Positions 19,847 to 30,300 of a DNA stretch of 64,000 nt are shown here, piece after piece. A model generated the notes under the pieces. The model searched no databases, was not told the DNA's origin, and worked only from the letters and a program-made list of their open reading frames with translations. The position numbers and the translations under genes are program-made. Positions within the stretch are counted from its first letter, which is position 1; each line of letters starts with the position of its first letter. This DNA comes from an uncultured Candidatus Saccharibacteria bacterium (GTDB lineage: Bacteria > Patescibacteriota > Saccharimonadia > Saccharimonadales > CAZDQS01), in assembly GCA_964507855.1 (NCBI GenBank), contig CAZDQS010000005.1, positions 6,599 to 70,598 on the forward strand. The letters are read 5' to 3'.

Positions 19847-20881
19847 CTAGTTGCATTGCGTGGACAATTTACGCACGCCATGCGCCTGGATGTGCGCCTC
19901 GTGCTCGGCCTGCGTCATGCCAAACCGCGTCACGCAATCTTCACCGCTCACAAAATACAGCCAGTCAGTGTCCGCCGGAAACGCGACTGCCCGAAGAGAA
20001 GTCTCCGTGACATTGCTAATGGGCGCCGGCGGTAGACCAGGGATTTGGTAGGTGTTGTATTGTTGGCCAAGTATTTCAGAAATCTCATCGGTGGCGTTCG
20101 ATTGCAGCATCATCCCTATCGATAATCGCTTCAGGAACACTTGGGCAACTACTGGCCGGTTCTCTGTTTCGGGCACTTCCCGCTCGACAATCGAGGCCAG
20201 GATTATTCCCTCGTACACGGTAAGCCCTCGCTCAGTTATGCCATTGCGGATGTCGGGAGTAAGTCGTTTATGCATCTCATCTAGAGAAGCGCGGATGACT
20301 TCTGTTGCCTTCGTATCAGCAGTAATGTGGAATGATTCCGGATACAGGTAGCCCTCGAGACTAGCATCTTCTGGCTTGTCGACAAGCGCCGGATGGTCCT
20401 TGTACTGGTCCGGTTCCAGCGCAGCAGTCACTTCATCTTCATCAAAACCTTTCTTGATAAGGCTTTCTTTGATCTGGTCAACGCGCTTTTCCGGTAATAT
20501 ATGCACCAGGTCTGATTTAACGGCCCCATCGGTCAAAATCTCCACGATTTCCTGCACACTGTAACTTCGCCGGAGCTCATACGTCCCTGCCTTGAGCTGA
20601 GAGCCAGCGCCGACACGGTTAATGTAGCTCTTGAACGCCCACTCACTCCGGATAAGATCATTATTTTTCAGAATTTCGCCGATATCATCAACGGTAGAGC
20701 CTGAGGGTATGGTTATGGTGATGGCGTCCGCCTGGGCGCTATTGACCGGCTGAAGGCTTTGCTCGTAATACCTCCGGACACCAATAACCGCACCCGTGAC
20801 ACCTAGTGCTGCCACTACCAATAGCACAAGGAGCATCTTCGGCCATCGCCGTCGTTGCGCTCTAATACTGTATCCGCTCAT
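19847..20881 (-). CDS. mltG: Endolytic murein transglycosylase MltG (YceG-like)
   Basis: 344 aa. Has an N-terminal TM helix and the YceG motifs ASIVEREV, VFLKRL..GMMLQSNAT and YNTYQIPGLPPAPISN. Confidence 0.9.
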   Translation of the reverse strand: MSGYSIRAQRRRWPKMLLVLLVVAALGVTGAVIGVRRYYEQSLQPVNSAQADAITITIPSGSTVDDIGEILKNNDLIRSEWAFKSYINRVGAGSQLKAGTYELRRSYSVQEIVEILTDGAVKSDLVHILPEKRVDQIKESLIKKGFDEDEVTAALEPDQYKDHPALVDKPEDASLEGYLYPESFHITADTKATEVIRASLDEMHKRLTPDIRNGITERGLTVYEGIILASIVEREVPETENRPVVAQVFLKRLSIGMMLQSNATDEISEILGQQYNTYQIPGLPPAPISNVTETSLRAVAFPADTDWLYFVSGEDCVTRFGMTQAEHEAHIQAHGVRKLSTQCN

Positions 20882-21306
20882 AAGCCTACCTCGGGATGCT
20901 CGCGCAAAAAATCTTCAAGAATATACGTTGCTGCGAGCGCGTCAATATCTTCTTTACCAAATTTCTTTCCGCGGCGGTTCAGTTCTGATTCTGCCCTGAC
21001 TGACGTGACCGCCTCGTCCTGATAGTGTAACGGAATCTCTACTTTTCGTCTAAGCTGTTCTGCAAACTGTTGTGTTTGGCGCGTCTGCTCGGTTTCTTCT
21101 CCCCGCATATCACGAGGTAGCCCGACCACAACCGCTACTGCCCCTTCCTCGACAAATAGCTGCGCCAGCTCATCAATCACCTGGGGTGTATTTACATACG
21201 TCGTCAGAGGAGCAGCAAGTCGGGCAACGACATTGGCTCGGGCAACACCGATACGTCGCTCACCCACATCAAGTGCAAAAATGGTACTACTGCTCACTGT
21301 CCGCAT
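20878..21306 (-). CDS. ruvX: Putative pre-16S rRNA nuclease / Holliday junction resolvase-like RuvX (YqgF)
   Basis: Contains IFALDVGERRIGVARAN...VVGLPRDMRGEETEQT.. and DEAVTSVRAE, the YqgF pattern. I chose the ATG at 21306 (MRTVSSS...). The track ORF start at 21348 would overlap the upstream gene by 62 nt. Confidence 0.85.
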   Translation of the reverse strand: MRTVSSSTIFALDVGERRIGVARANVVARLAAPLTTYVNTPQVIDELAQLFVEEGAVAVVVGLPRDMRGEETEQTRQTQQFAEQLRRKVEIPLHYQDEAVTSVRAESELNRRGKKFGKEDIDALAATYILEDFLREHPEVGL

Positions 21307-22993
21307 CGTCAGCGACCGGCGTTGGCCGTGGCGGTTCCTCAAATACAATGGTTATTTTCTCCGCCTTTTTTGGCGTGGTGGTTACCCAGAAAGGCTTATA
21401 GTCCACCGTTACTTCGGTTACGCCCGGGTGCTCCTGGATGATGTTGATAACCTCACCCTTCTTCTTGCCGGCGACTTCTTCTCTCAGCGCCTCTACGTCC
21501 ACATCTGGGCCAGCTAAGCCGACTGACTGGATATTAAGCCGCAAGTTGGTCGGTGATGGACGGTCCGAGACGCGTATTGCGGCATCCTCAAGACCGGTGT
21601 CAAGTATCGCCTGTCGCTCTGTGTCGATCTGACTCTCCATATCATCCTTGAGCAAGGACTGTAGATCCTCGCGATTGACGCCAAGCATGGTGTAAGTTGT
21701 CACAGCAGTTACTGTTACCTCTGTTGCTTCATCACCAACATTGGGCGAGGTGGTGATGGCTGGATCGCCACTACTGAAGCTATCTTCTACGCCAAGCATA
21801 CCGGCAGCCTCGAGAGCCGTGAGCAGTTCATCCGTTACAGTTTCGGGGGCACGCTGGCTGATTTTTTCCTTAGCCGAGTCAATATCTGCCTCGGTAATAA
21901 TTTTGACCACCTCACTCGTACCGCCCGTCATGGCGGAGCCGGTCGCCCGGACATTGCTGTGGCCGGCCACGGCGTAGTTTCTGCCGCTTGCCAGGTTGTA
22001 CTGGTCACCGGCATTTTGCGCAACAACGTCAACCTCTTCTGTCGGCGTATTACAGGTGCCGCCTCCAGTAAAAGAGCTCGCCGGCAGGCGGACCGTTTCT
22101 TGGATAATAAAGGTCATGTTGCCTGAGCTTGCGCCGGTACCAGCCGGTATCGTAATTGACCCGTCAACCCGTTCGCAGTTTCGGAGCGTAAGCGTGCCGG
22201 TTGCTTTCTCGCCAATGTTCTTCTCTCCTGTTGCAGGCACTTTTTCGGTATCGGTTTTCTTGATCTCCTCAAGCTTGGCGGGAATTATCATTTGCTCCTT
22301 ATTGACTGTCTGGGCTTCCGCACTGGCAGTCAGTTGAAGCGTGCTTGTCACCGGTGAAGCATCCGTCTTAACCGTTACGTGCGCCTCAGGCATCACCATA
22401 AATCCATATATCCAACCGATTATGAGGAGGATAAGCAGCCCAATGCCAAGCAATAGCCGTGTCCTGAATTTGCCAAAGTTCGGCACCTTCAACTTGCGGC
22501 TCTTTTTCACTTTAGCAATCACGCCTGCAGCGCCCGCGCCTTGCGCTCCTTCCGCTCCGTCCACTGGCTCTGCTTCAGTGTTGTCAACTTCAATGGACTC
22601 TTCTTTGGATGCCGGCAAACCAGCAAGTTCGCCAATTGATTTTGACGGATCGAGCTTTTTGCCTTTTTCGCCACGAGGCGCGCTAGCCGCAACCGCCTCT
22701 TCGGGCGCTACGGGAGGTTCGGGAACAAACGGCTTGGACTGCAGCGTCTTAGCCACGTGCAATCCGACTGCACCTGCAAGCGGCATCAATCCGGTCTCAG
22801 ATGTAATCAAGACCACCCGCTTTTTCTCATCCTCGGCTGTCCGCTTGAGCAGCTTCATATTCACGATGCTCTGGAGCACCGCTGCCCGCTTTGGCAACAC
22901 AAGCGCAATAATTTTTTCCCGGCTGTTTTTAACCTTTTCTATGATGCCGGTGATGTCTTCGTCTACGTCTATATAAATTGTATCTTTATTCAT
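21287..22993 (-). CDS. Single-pass membrane protein of unknown function, possibly baseplate-J/gp47-like in its ectodomain
   Basis: 568 aa. It has a cytoplasmic N-domain (IYIDVDEDITGIIEKVKNS.EKIIALVLPKRAAVLQS), a low-complexity linker, a TM helix (LLLGIGLLILLIIGWIYGFMV) and a large C-terminal ectodomain. The segment GTLTLRN...IPAGT.....MTFI..E...L......V.V.A...G..YN........GGTSEV loosely recalls baseplate J-like proteins; this rests on memory only. Its start overlaps the stop of the ftsA-like gene by 4 nt. Confidence 0.6.
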   Translation of the reverse strand: MNKDTIYIDVDEDITGIIEKVKNSREKIIALVLPKRAAVLQSIVNMKLLKRTAEDEKKRVVLITSETGLMPLAGAVGLHVAKTLQSKPFVPEPPVAPEEAVAASAPRGEKGKKLDPSKSIGELAGLPASKEESIEVDNTEAEPVDGAEGAQGAGAAGVIAKVKKSRKLKVPNFGKFRTRLLLGIGLLILLIIGWIYGFMVMPEAHVTVKTDASPVTSTLQLTASAEAQTVNKEQMIIPAKLEEIKKTDTEKVPATGEKNIGEKATGTLTLRNCERVDGSITIPAGTGASSGNMTFIIQETVRLPASSFTGGGTCNTPTEEVDVVAQNAGDQYNLASGRNYAVAGHSNVRATGSAMTGGTSEVVKIITEADIDSAKEKISQRAPETVTDELLTALEAAGMLGVEDSFSSGDPAITTSPNVGDEATEVTVTAVTTYTMLGVNREDLQSLLKDDMESQIDTERQAILDTGLEDAAIRVSDRPSPTNLRLNIQSVGLAGPDVDVEALREEVAGKKKGEVINIIQEHPGVTEVTVDYKPFWVTTTPKKAEKITIVFEEPPRPTPVADDADSEQ

Positions 22994-24282
22994 ACCCTCA
23001 AAATCCTGTCAATTCGCTGGCGAATCGAACCTGGTGCTTGAGCCGCGTCTTGCGTCAGGGTATCAAGCCCGACGCGTAGCAGACCCATTGCGGTTATGTA
23101 CGTATGATCGGTGACGGAGCCCGTCTTGTCAATAATGCCGATAACTTGCCCGGGGTTGATATGCCGCACAATCATTTTTCTCGTCAGTGGCAGATCTGCG
23201 TACCAGGATGATTCTTCCAACTTGTCAACCAGCATATCAAGGCTTGAACCGCCACCACACAGCAATAGCTGGTGGGGCAAGTGATCAAGGGTAGTGAATT
23301 CAGCCAGTGCTAGCTCGACGCCATTGATCCATACATCGAGTGTCCGGCCAAGCGCCTGCTCAATTGCGCCGGCTTTGGACACCGGGATCTGGTTGGTGCC
23401 GAGTGCAAGCTTCAACTTTTCAGCTTTTGCATATTCCACGCCGAATTCTTTTTCGATTGCCCGCGTGAAGGCACGCCCACCAATGCCAAACATTTTTGTC
23501 CCTTGCACACCCCCGTCATCCACGACTGCGATATCAGTTGTGCCGCCACCAATGTCCATAAGGATAGCGCTCATGCTGGCGTTTGGATCATCACCGATGA
23601 CAGACCGGGATACCGCGAATGGCTCAGCAGCCACCGCCAGCAACTCAAGCTCAAGCTCCTGTGCCGTCCGTTCAAACGCTCCAATATGAACCATGGGGGC
23701 AAAGGCAGTATAGAGCTGCACCACTACATCCTTACCAGGGAAGCCGACGGGATTGGTTACCTTATAACCGTCAATCTCTATTCCAACGAGCGCGCTGTTC
23801 ACTAGTCGCAGCTCCACCTCACGACCGCCCAGCTCCCAGGCCAGCTCCTGCTTTGCCCGCACGAGCGCCCGCTCTTGCACAAGTCCAATGATTCGCTCGA
23901 CTTCAGGGGCGTCCAAGGGTTTTTCATGATTCTTCCGCGTACAGCGAATGGTCATCGTCGCGCCCTTTACCAGCTCGCCCGCGATACCCATGACAACAAA
24001 CCGCGGGCTGACCCCTGCCTGCTCTTCCGCCTGGCTCAACGCCTTGTCACAGTTAGCCACAACACTCGCGATGTCGGCTATCGCTCCGGCATGCATGTCA
24101 TGCAGCTGTTGCTTGGCGCGACCAACGCCGATGATCTCCACTGTATCGCCGGAGACCTTGCCGATTAACGCCTTGACATTCTCGGTACCGAGATCAAGCG
24201 CCACAATATAATCACTGTCGCCTTTGGACGAGTCAGAACGAGTTGAAACCGCCTCGCGAATTTTCTTTATTTTTCCAAGCAT
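22990..24282 (-). CDS. ftsA: Actin-like ATPase, FtsA family (FtsA/PilM-like)
   Basis: Contains YIVALDLGTENVKALIG, DIGGGTTDIAVV..G and LCGGGSSL, the FtsA/actin-fold phosphate and adenosine motifs. The C-terminus IRQRIDRILRV could be an amphipathic membrane-targeting helix. The start is taken at ATG 24282 (MLGKIKKI...); the track ORF start is 24342. Confidence 0.8.
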   Translation of the reverse strand: MLGKIKKIREAVSTRSDSSKGDSDYIVALDLGTENVKALIGKVSGDTVEIIGVGRAKQQLHDMHAGAIADIASVVANCDKALSQAEEQAGVSPRFVVMGIAGELVKGATMTIRCTRKNHEKPLDAPEVERIIGLVQERALVRAKQELAWELGGREVELRLVNSALVGIEIDGYKVTNPVGFPGKDVVVQLYTAFAPMVHIGAFERTAQELELELLAVAAEPFAVSRSVIGDDPNASMSAILMDIGGGTTDIAVVDDGGVQGTKMFGIGGRAFTRAIEKEFGVEYAKAEKLKLALGTNQIPVSKAGAIEQALGRTLDVWINGVELALAEFTTLDHLPHQLLLCGGGSSLDMLVDKLEESSWYADLPLTRKMIVRHINPGQVIGIIDKTGSVTDHTYITAMGLLRVGLDTLTQDAAQAPGSIRQRIDRILRV

Positions 24283-24377
24283 AATCTTATTGATTATAGC
24301 ATGGCGAGAGATAGACACACGGTGCCCGAACAGTATTAGCAATCCTTGTATTCACACCCCATTACTGTTTAATATTA

Positions 24378-27300
24378 ATGCTAGTGTTTCCCCTAAAAAA
24401 GAATGTGATGAAGCTATTAGAATTGGGACGATTATTATCGAGACGGCTGCAGCCTCACCTCCGCACACTCCTGAAATTATGGGTGCGACACAATTCATTG
24501 CGGACAAGATTACTCTGTGGCCTTATAGTCTGCATCTTGGTCTTCAGCTTCTTTAGCCTTTTCCAGCCTCGGCGCGCCAAAGCAGAAATAACCTTCGGCG
24601 CCATAGGCTCAATTACGGCTACATCGGATAACTCATTCAGTGTCGCGTATCCCAGCGGCATTTCGGCTGGCGATATGCTAGTACTGCTTGTTGCCAATAA
24701 ACAACCCCAGAACTCATCCCACTCGACTCCATCTGGCTGGACCGCCCCCGCAAATTATCATGCAGTCACCAGTGACATTGCTGGTGCGGCCGACCAAGGT
24801 AACGTAGAAATGCTCGTATTCCTCAAAGAAGCCGATGGCACCGAATCAGGCTCCGCCACCGTTTCTATTGGCGGTAATAATGTGTCTTACGCTGCCATAG
24901 CACGCTATTCAAAATCTCCGGGGACCATCTGGAGCTACAGCTTATCGCAGGGCATCGATATAACCGAGGGTACCAGCTGGTCGGTAAGCGGCAACGTAGA
25001 TCCCGGCATCGAGCCAGGCGACATTATCGTGGCGGCATCAGCAATCAACACTGATGGCCGCACCTTTTCATCTCAAGCTGTGACAAGCCCTGGCGTAACG
25101 TTCACTGATAATAATGAACGACACGACGGTGGCTCAAGTGTTGGCCAGGACATTGGCATGGTTGTGTCTGATCATGTAGCGTCAATCGGCGCCTCCTCTG
25201 GCAACCCCACCTACACTATGACTGCCAATGGATCGGGCACCAATAACCCTCTTGGTGGTACAGTACTTATCCGCCTGAGGGCACAATTTCCTGCCCCCTT
25301 GCTTAATCAAGCCGCTTTCCGCTGGTATGCAAACGCAGACAACGTCCAGCCTGGGACGGCTTTGACTGGAGAAAATGCAACTGCTTTGTCAAAAACCAGT
25401 GCTCCTGTGCGACTCCGGATGGGTGTCGACACATCAATCAACGACCTCTTGGCAGCAAGCCAACAATACAAACTCCAATATACGACGGATGTAAACGGTA
25501 GCTGGACAGATGTAGCCTCAGGCATTTGGTATGACCCTGAGTGGTCCTCCCGCCGCAAGATAACCCTGGACAACTCAGCCTCCAGCGAGAATCTCATAGA
25601 CTTCCCAATTCGAGTGTCCCTGACCAGCAACGAGATAGACTACGACAAAACCAAGAATAATGGTGAAGACATTCGCTTCGTTGATGGTGACGGTACGCTC
25701 CTGTCGCATGAGATTGAGGTCTGGGACGAGAACGGCGCCAGTGAGGTCTGGGTCAAGGTGCCGCAGATTGATGCCGGCAGTACGACAGACTTCATCTGGA
25801 TGTACTACGGCAATGCCGAGGCTAGTGACGGCCAAAACGCGAACGATGTGTGGAGCAATGGGTACGCCGGCGTCTACCATATGAACCAGGACCCGTCCGG
25901 CAGTGCACCGCAGATTCTCGACAGCACCACGAACGGTCGTCACGGTACGAGCGCCGGCAGCATGACAAGCGGTGACTTAGTTGCTGGTCAGATTGGGTTT
26001 GGTATTGATTTTGACGGCTCCAACGATGCCATCCAGATCTCCGGATTAATGGACAGTCCGAGCCAATTGACTATGTCAGCATGGATCAGCGCCGACGGCC
26101 TCGGCAGTAGCGATTACTCCGACATTGTATCGCTCGGCGACCACGCTTTCATACGTATGGAAGATAGCGGGATTTTATCCGAATACTACTACGGCTCTGA
26201 CTGGCATGACCTGTGGGCCGAGAAAGACACACTGAACCTCGGCTTTATACACATCGCCGCCGCCTTCAGTCCCAGCACCAGTCGCCAACAGCTCGTCGTG
26301 AATGGCGGCCTCGAAGATACTACCGCTCACAATAATGCTATCAACTGGAGCGGCCTAGGATCTAATACGTTCATTGGACGCCAGGGCAACGGCAGCAGCA
26401 GTTACTACACAAACGGCGTCATCGACGAAGTACGGTTTGCCAGCATCGCCCGCTCAGCCGACTGGATGACAGCCGAATACAAGAGTATGGCCAACACCAT
26501 GAATACAATTGGAGGTGAAGAGGTTCCCGCGGAATGGAAATACTACGACAACCCCTCCGTAAACGATGGCGCCACCATCAGCACCGCCCTCCTGTCCGGC
26601 GACCCCGTACCGCAGTCATACAACGAATCACACCCCACTGTTACCAATCCCAACCAAGTTACCGCCGGCGATCGCACTGAGTGGGATTTTGCCCTCGATC
26701 CTGCTGATGCGGCGGCCGACACAACGTACTATTTCCGCATCGTCAAAGAGAATGGCGCTCCCCTGGATGCTTACAGCCGCTATGCTTCCATATATATTTC
26801 TAATGCAACGTTTGATCAATCCGCTTACCGCTGGTTTGAGAACGATAACACAGAAAGCGGAGTCGAAGATTGGTACAACGCCTCGTGGGCAAAGCGCAAA
26901 CTCATTACTATCGACAGCGCAAAAGTGCCGTCTGCTCAAACCGATTTCCCTGTCCTCATCCACCTGGCAAGCGACGGCGACCTAGCGGCCAGCGCCCAAA
27001 ACGATGCTGATGACATCCTCTTTACAACCGCCGACGGACAAACAAAGTTAAGTCACGAAATCGAAACATATAATGCCGGTACCGGGGAGCTCGTAGCGTG
27101 GGTAAAAGTACCGATGCTCTCCAGTGACACCGATACCGTCCTACACATGTACTATGGCAATGCTCTTGCTGCCAATCAAGAAAATGCCAGCGACGTATGG
27201 AGCAACGGCTACGCCGCCGTCTGGCACATGGCGGAAGATCCCTCATCATCAGTCGATGGCGCTTGTGGCGGAGGAACCGTTGAAGTTTGTGATTCAAAAA

Positions 27301-30300
27301 ACAGCAACCACCTGGACAGTATCGGCATGGACGCTGATGACCTCATTGCCGGCAAAATCAACGGTGCGACCAGGTTCAATAGCAATACAGAGTATTTATC
27401 AGCACCCTCCGACCCATCACTTGAAGGTTTTAGTGAACTTACATTGAGCGCGTGGATTAACCCCACCGCTGACCCAGGGAGCGACGACGGACGCATTATC
27501 CACAAATCCCAAGGACTAACGAGCGATGACTATCACATAGCTTATGATGGCGCCGGTGCCGGCAAGTATGGTATCAATTTCCGAATTAGCACAGATAACA
27601 AAACCACCACTGCTGCCAGTAACTTGACGATTGCGCCCAATTCAGGATGGCACTATGTGCAAGGTGTATGGGATGGCAGCAATATGACTATCTATATCAA
27701 CGGCTCCAACGACAGTGGCAACGCTAATACTGGTACGCTCACCAACTCTAGCGAGGGCTTGGGCATAGGTCGGCATGTCAATTCTGATACCCGTAATTTT
27801 AACGGCCATATTGACGAGCCCCGCGTATCTTCTGTGGTACGTAGCGCAGACTGGATCACTACTGAGTACAACAACCAAGGCTCACCGGAAACCTTTTACG
27901 CAATCAGTGATGAAGAAGAACAGAACCTTGACTGGTACAACCCCGACTGGTCCGCCCGCCGCAAAATAACCCTGGATAACGCTGCCTCCGGTGAGCATCT
28001 GCTGGACTTCCCGATCCGGGTGTCGCTGACATCGGATGAGATAGACTACGCCAAGACGAAAGCCAATGGTGAAGATATCCGCTTTGTTGATGGCGATGGG
28101 ACCCTGCTGTCCCATGAGATAGAAACCTGGAATGAGGGTGGGACGAGTGAAGTCTGGGTCAAGATACCGCAGATTGATGCCGGCAGTACGACTGACTACA
28201 TATGGATGTACTATGGTAACCCCAGTGCCAGTGATGGCCAGAACGCCAGTGATGTCTGGAGCAATGGCTATGTGGGGGTATGGCACTTAAATGAGGACTT
28301 GACCGGAGCTTGCACCGGTACCAAAGAGGTGTGCGATTCGAGCTCCTCCGCCAACCATGCCGACGCAGATGCTGGCATGACCCCTGATGACTCCGTAAGC
28401 GGCAAGATTGGCACGGCCATGGATTTTGATGGTGGCAGTACGGATATTATTGAGGCGGGAGCAAATAATATACCAAGTTCAACCGCCCAAAAGACGATAA
28501 GCGCCTGGTTCAAGTACTCATCATTGCCATCGACCGCACAACAAGTTGTGTCAATTTTTGATGGGAGTGGAAGCGGAACATTTAACGGCTCGCATACCCT
28601 CACCGGGTGTTCCGGTGCCAGCTGGGGTACATGGCGCTTCGGCGGCCCATGGCTAGCCTGCGGGGCACAACCGTCTACCGGCACCTGGCATCATCATACA
28701 TACACCTTTAATGGAACCAACAACACTCTTTACGTTGATGGCAGCTTTATTCAAACAACGACGCAGGCGCCAAATGCAGCTGCTACGCCCACAAGGGTCG
28801 GTATCGGCTTCTATCGAAATACCTCAAACCTGCCGCGCGAGGTATTCGAAGGACAGATCGACGAAGTCCGTATCGAGACTATAGCCCGCTCAGCCGACTG
28901 GATTGAAGCCCAATACAACACCATGAACAACACCATGAATACGTTTGGCAACGAAGAATATTACGGCTTAGCCCAGGTCGGCACCCCGCTCGCCGACCAG
29001 GACACAGCCACCACGGCACCGGCTCAAGGCACGCCGTTCAGATTACGCATGACCATGCATGTCGGCAACGGACAGCTGAGTGCCGGCACAGGCAGCTTTA
29101 AACTCCAATACGCTGAGCGGGCAGACTCCTGCGATACCAGCTTCATCGGAGAGTCCTACAGTGATGTCGCGACCGACACCGGCACCATCCGCTACTACGA
29201 TAACTCCAATCTGACTGACAACATGCCCTTGCTCAGCCACGCTGACGACCCCGTCCACGCCGAACACACGACCATCAACCAGGCATATGAAGAGGCCAAT
29301 AACCTCACCAACATAGCAACAATTTCGTCAGGCGAAGACGGTATGTGGGACTTTGCGCTAGTGGACCATGCAGCTTCCGCCGGTACAACTTACTGCTTTA
29401 GAATTGTTAAATCTGACGCAACATTACTTGACAGCTACACCGTCATAGCAGAAATAACCACCGCGTCCGATAGCAGCAATACCGCACCAAACGACCCTTT
29501 AATCTTGTCGCAAAAGAAAACCGATGACACAAACCTTACAGTAGGACAGTGGGTCAGCGATACAAGCATTAAGTTCACCGCTACGGCAGATGACGCTGAC
29601 GAGACCGATACTCTGTATCTGTGTGTCGAAGCTGACCACATAAGCACCGCTTTCAGTAACACAGAAGACGAGTGCGGCGAGGGTGTAGCGTTTTCTGGAA
29701 CGGAAGTAAGTGTCAGCGTCACGCTCAACGATCTCGATGATGCGCAGGAGTATCACTGGCAAGTCCGTATTAAAGACGCCTCTGGCGCGTACTCAGCATG
29801 GGTTAGTTACGGAAACAACCAGGAATCGGACCGCGATTTCGGCCTCGACACCACCGCCCCCACCGGCGGCAACGTATACGACGGAGCGAATGCAGGCATA
29901 GACATCGAGTTTAACGATGGCTCACTTTCGAGCCTGTCGGCAAATTGGGCAAATTTCAATGCTGATGCTTCCGGGCTGCAAAAGTACCAGTACGCCATCG
30001 GAACAACGGTCGGTGGGACCGATATCAAAGACTGGACCGATCACGGCACCAATACATCAATAACAGTCTCTGACCTGACACTCCATACATCACAGATATA
30101 TTACGTATCAGTCCGTGTACATGATAATGCCGGCAATTACAGTACCGTCACGTCAGACGGCCAAGTTGTGGAGCCATCGCTTGATTTCAGCATATCTAGC
30201 AGTAACGCGACCTTCACCAACCTCAACGCCGGCAATTCCTATACCGCAACCACATCCACGACACTTACCACTTCAACGAACGCATACAACGGCTATACGG

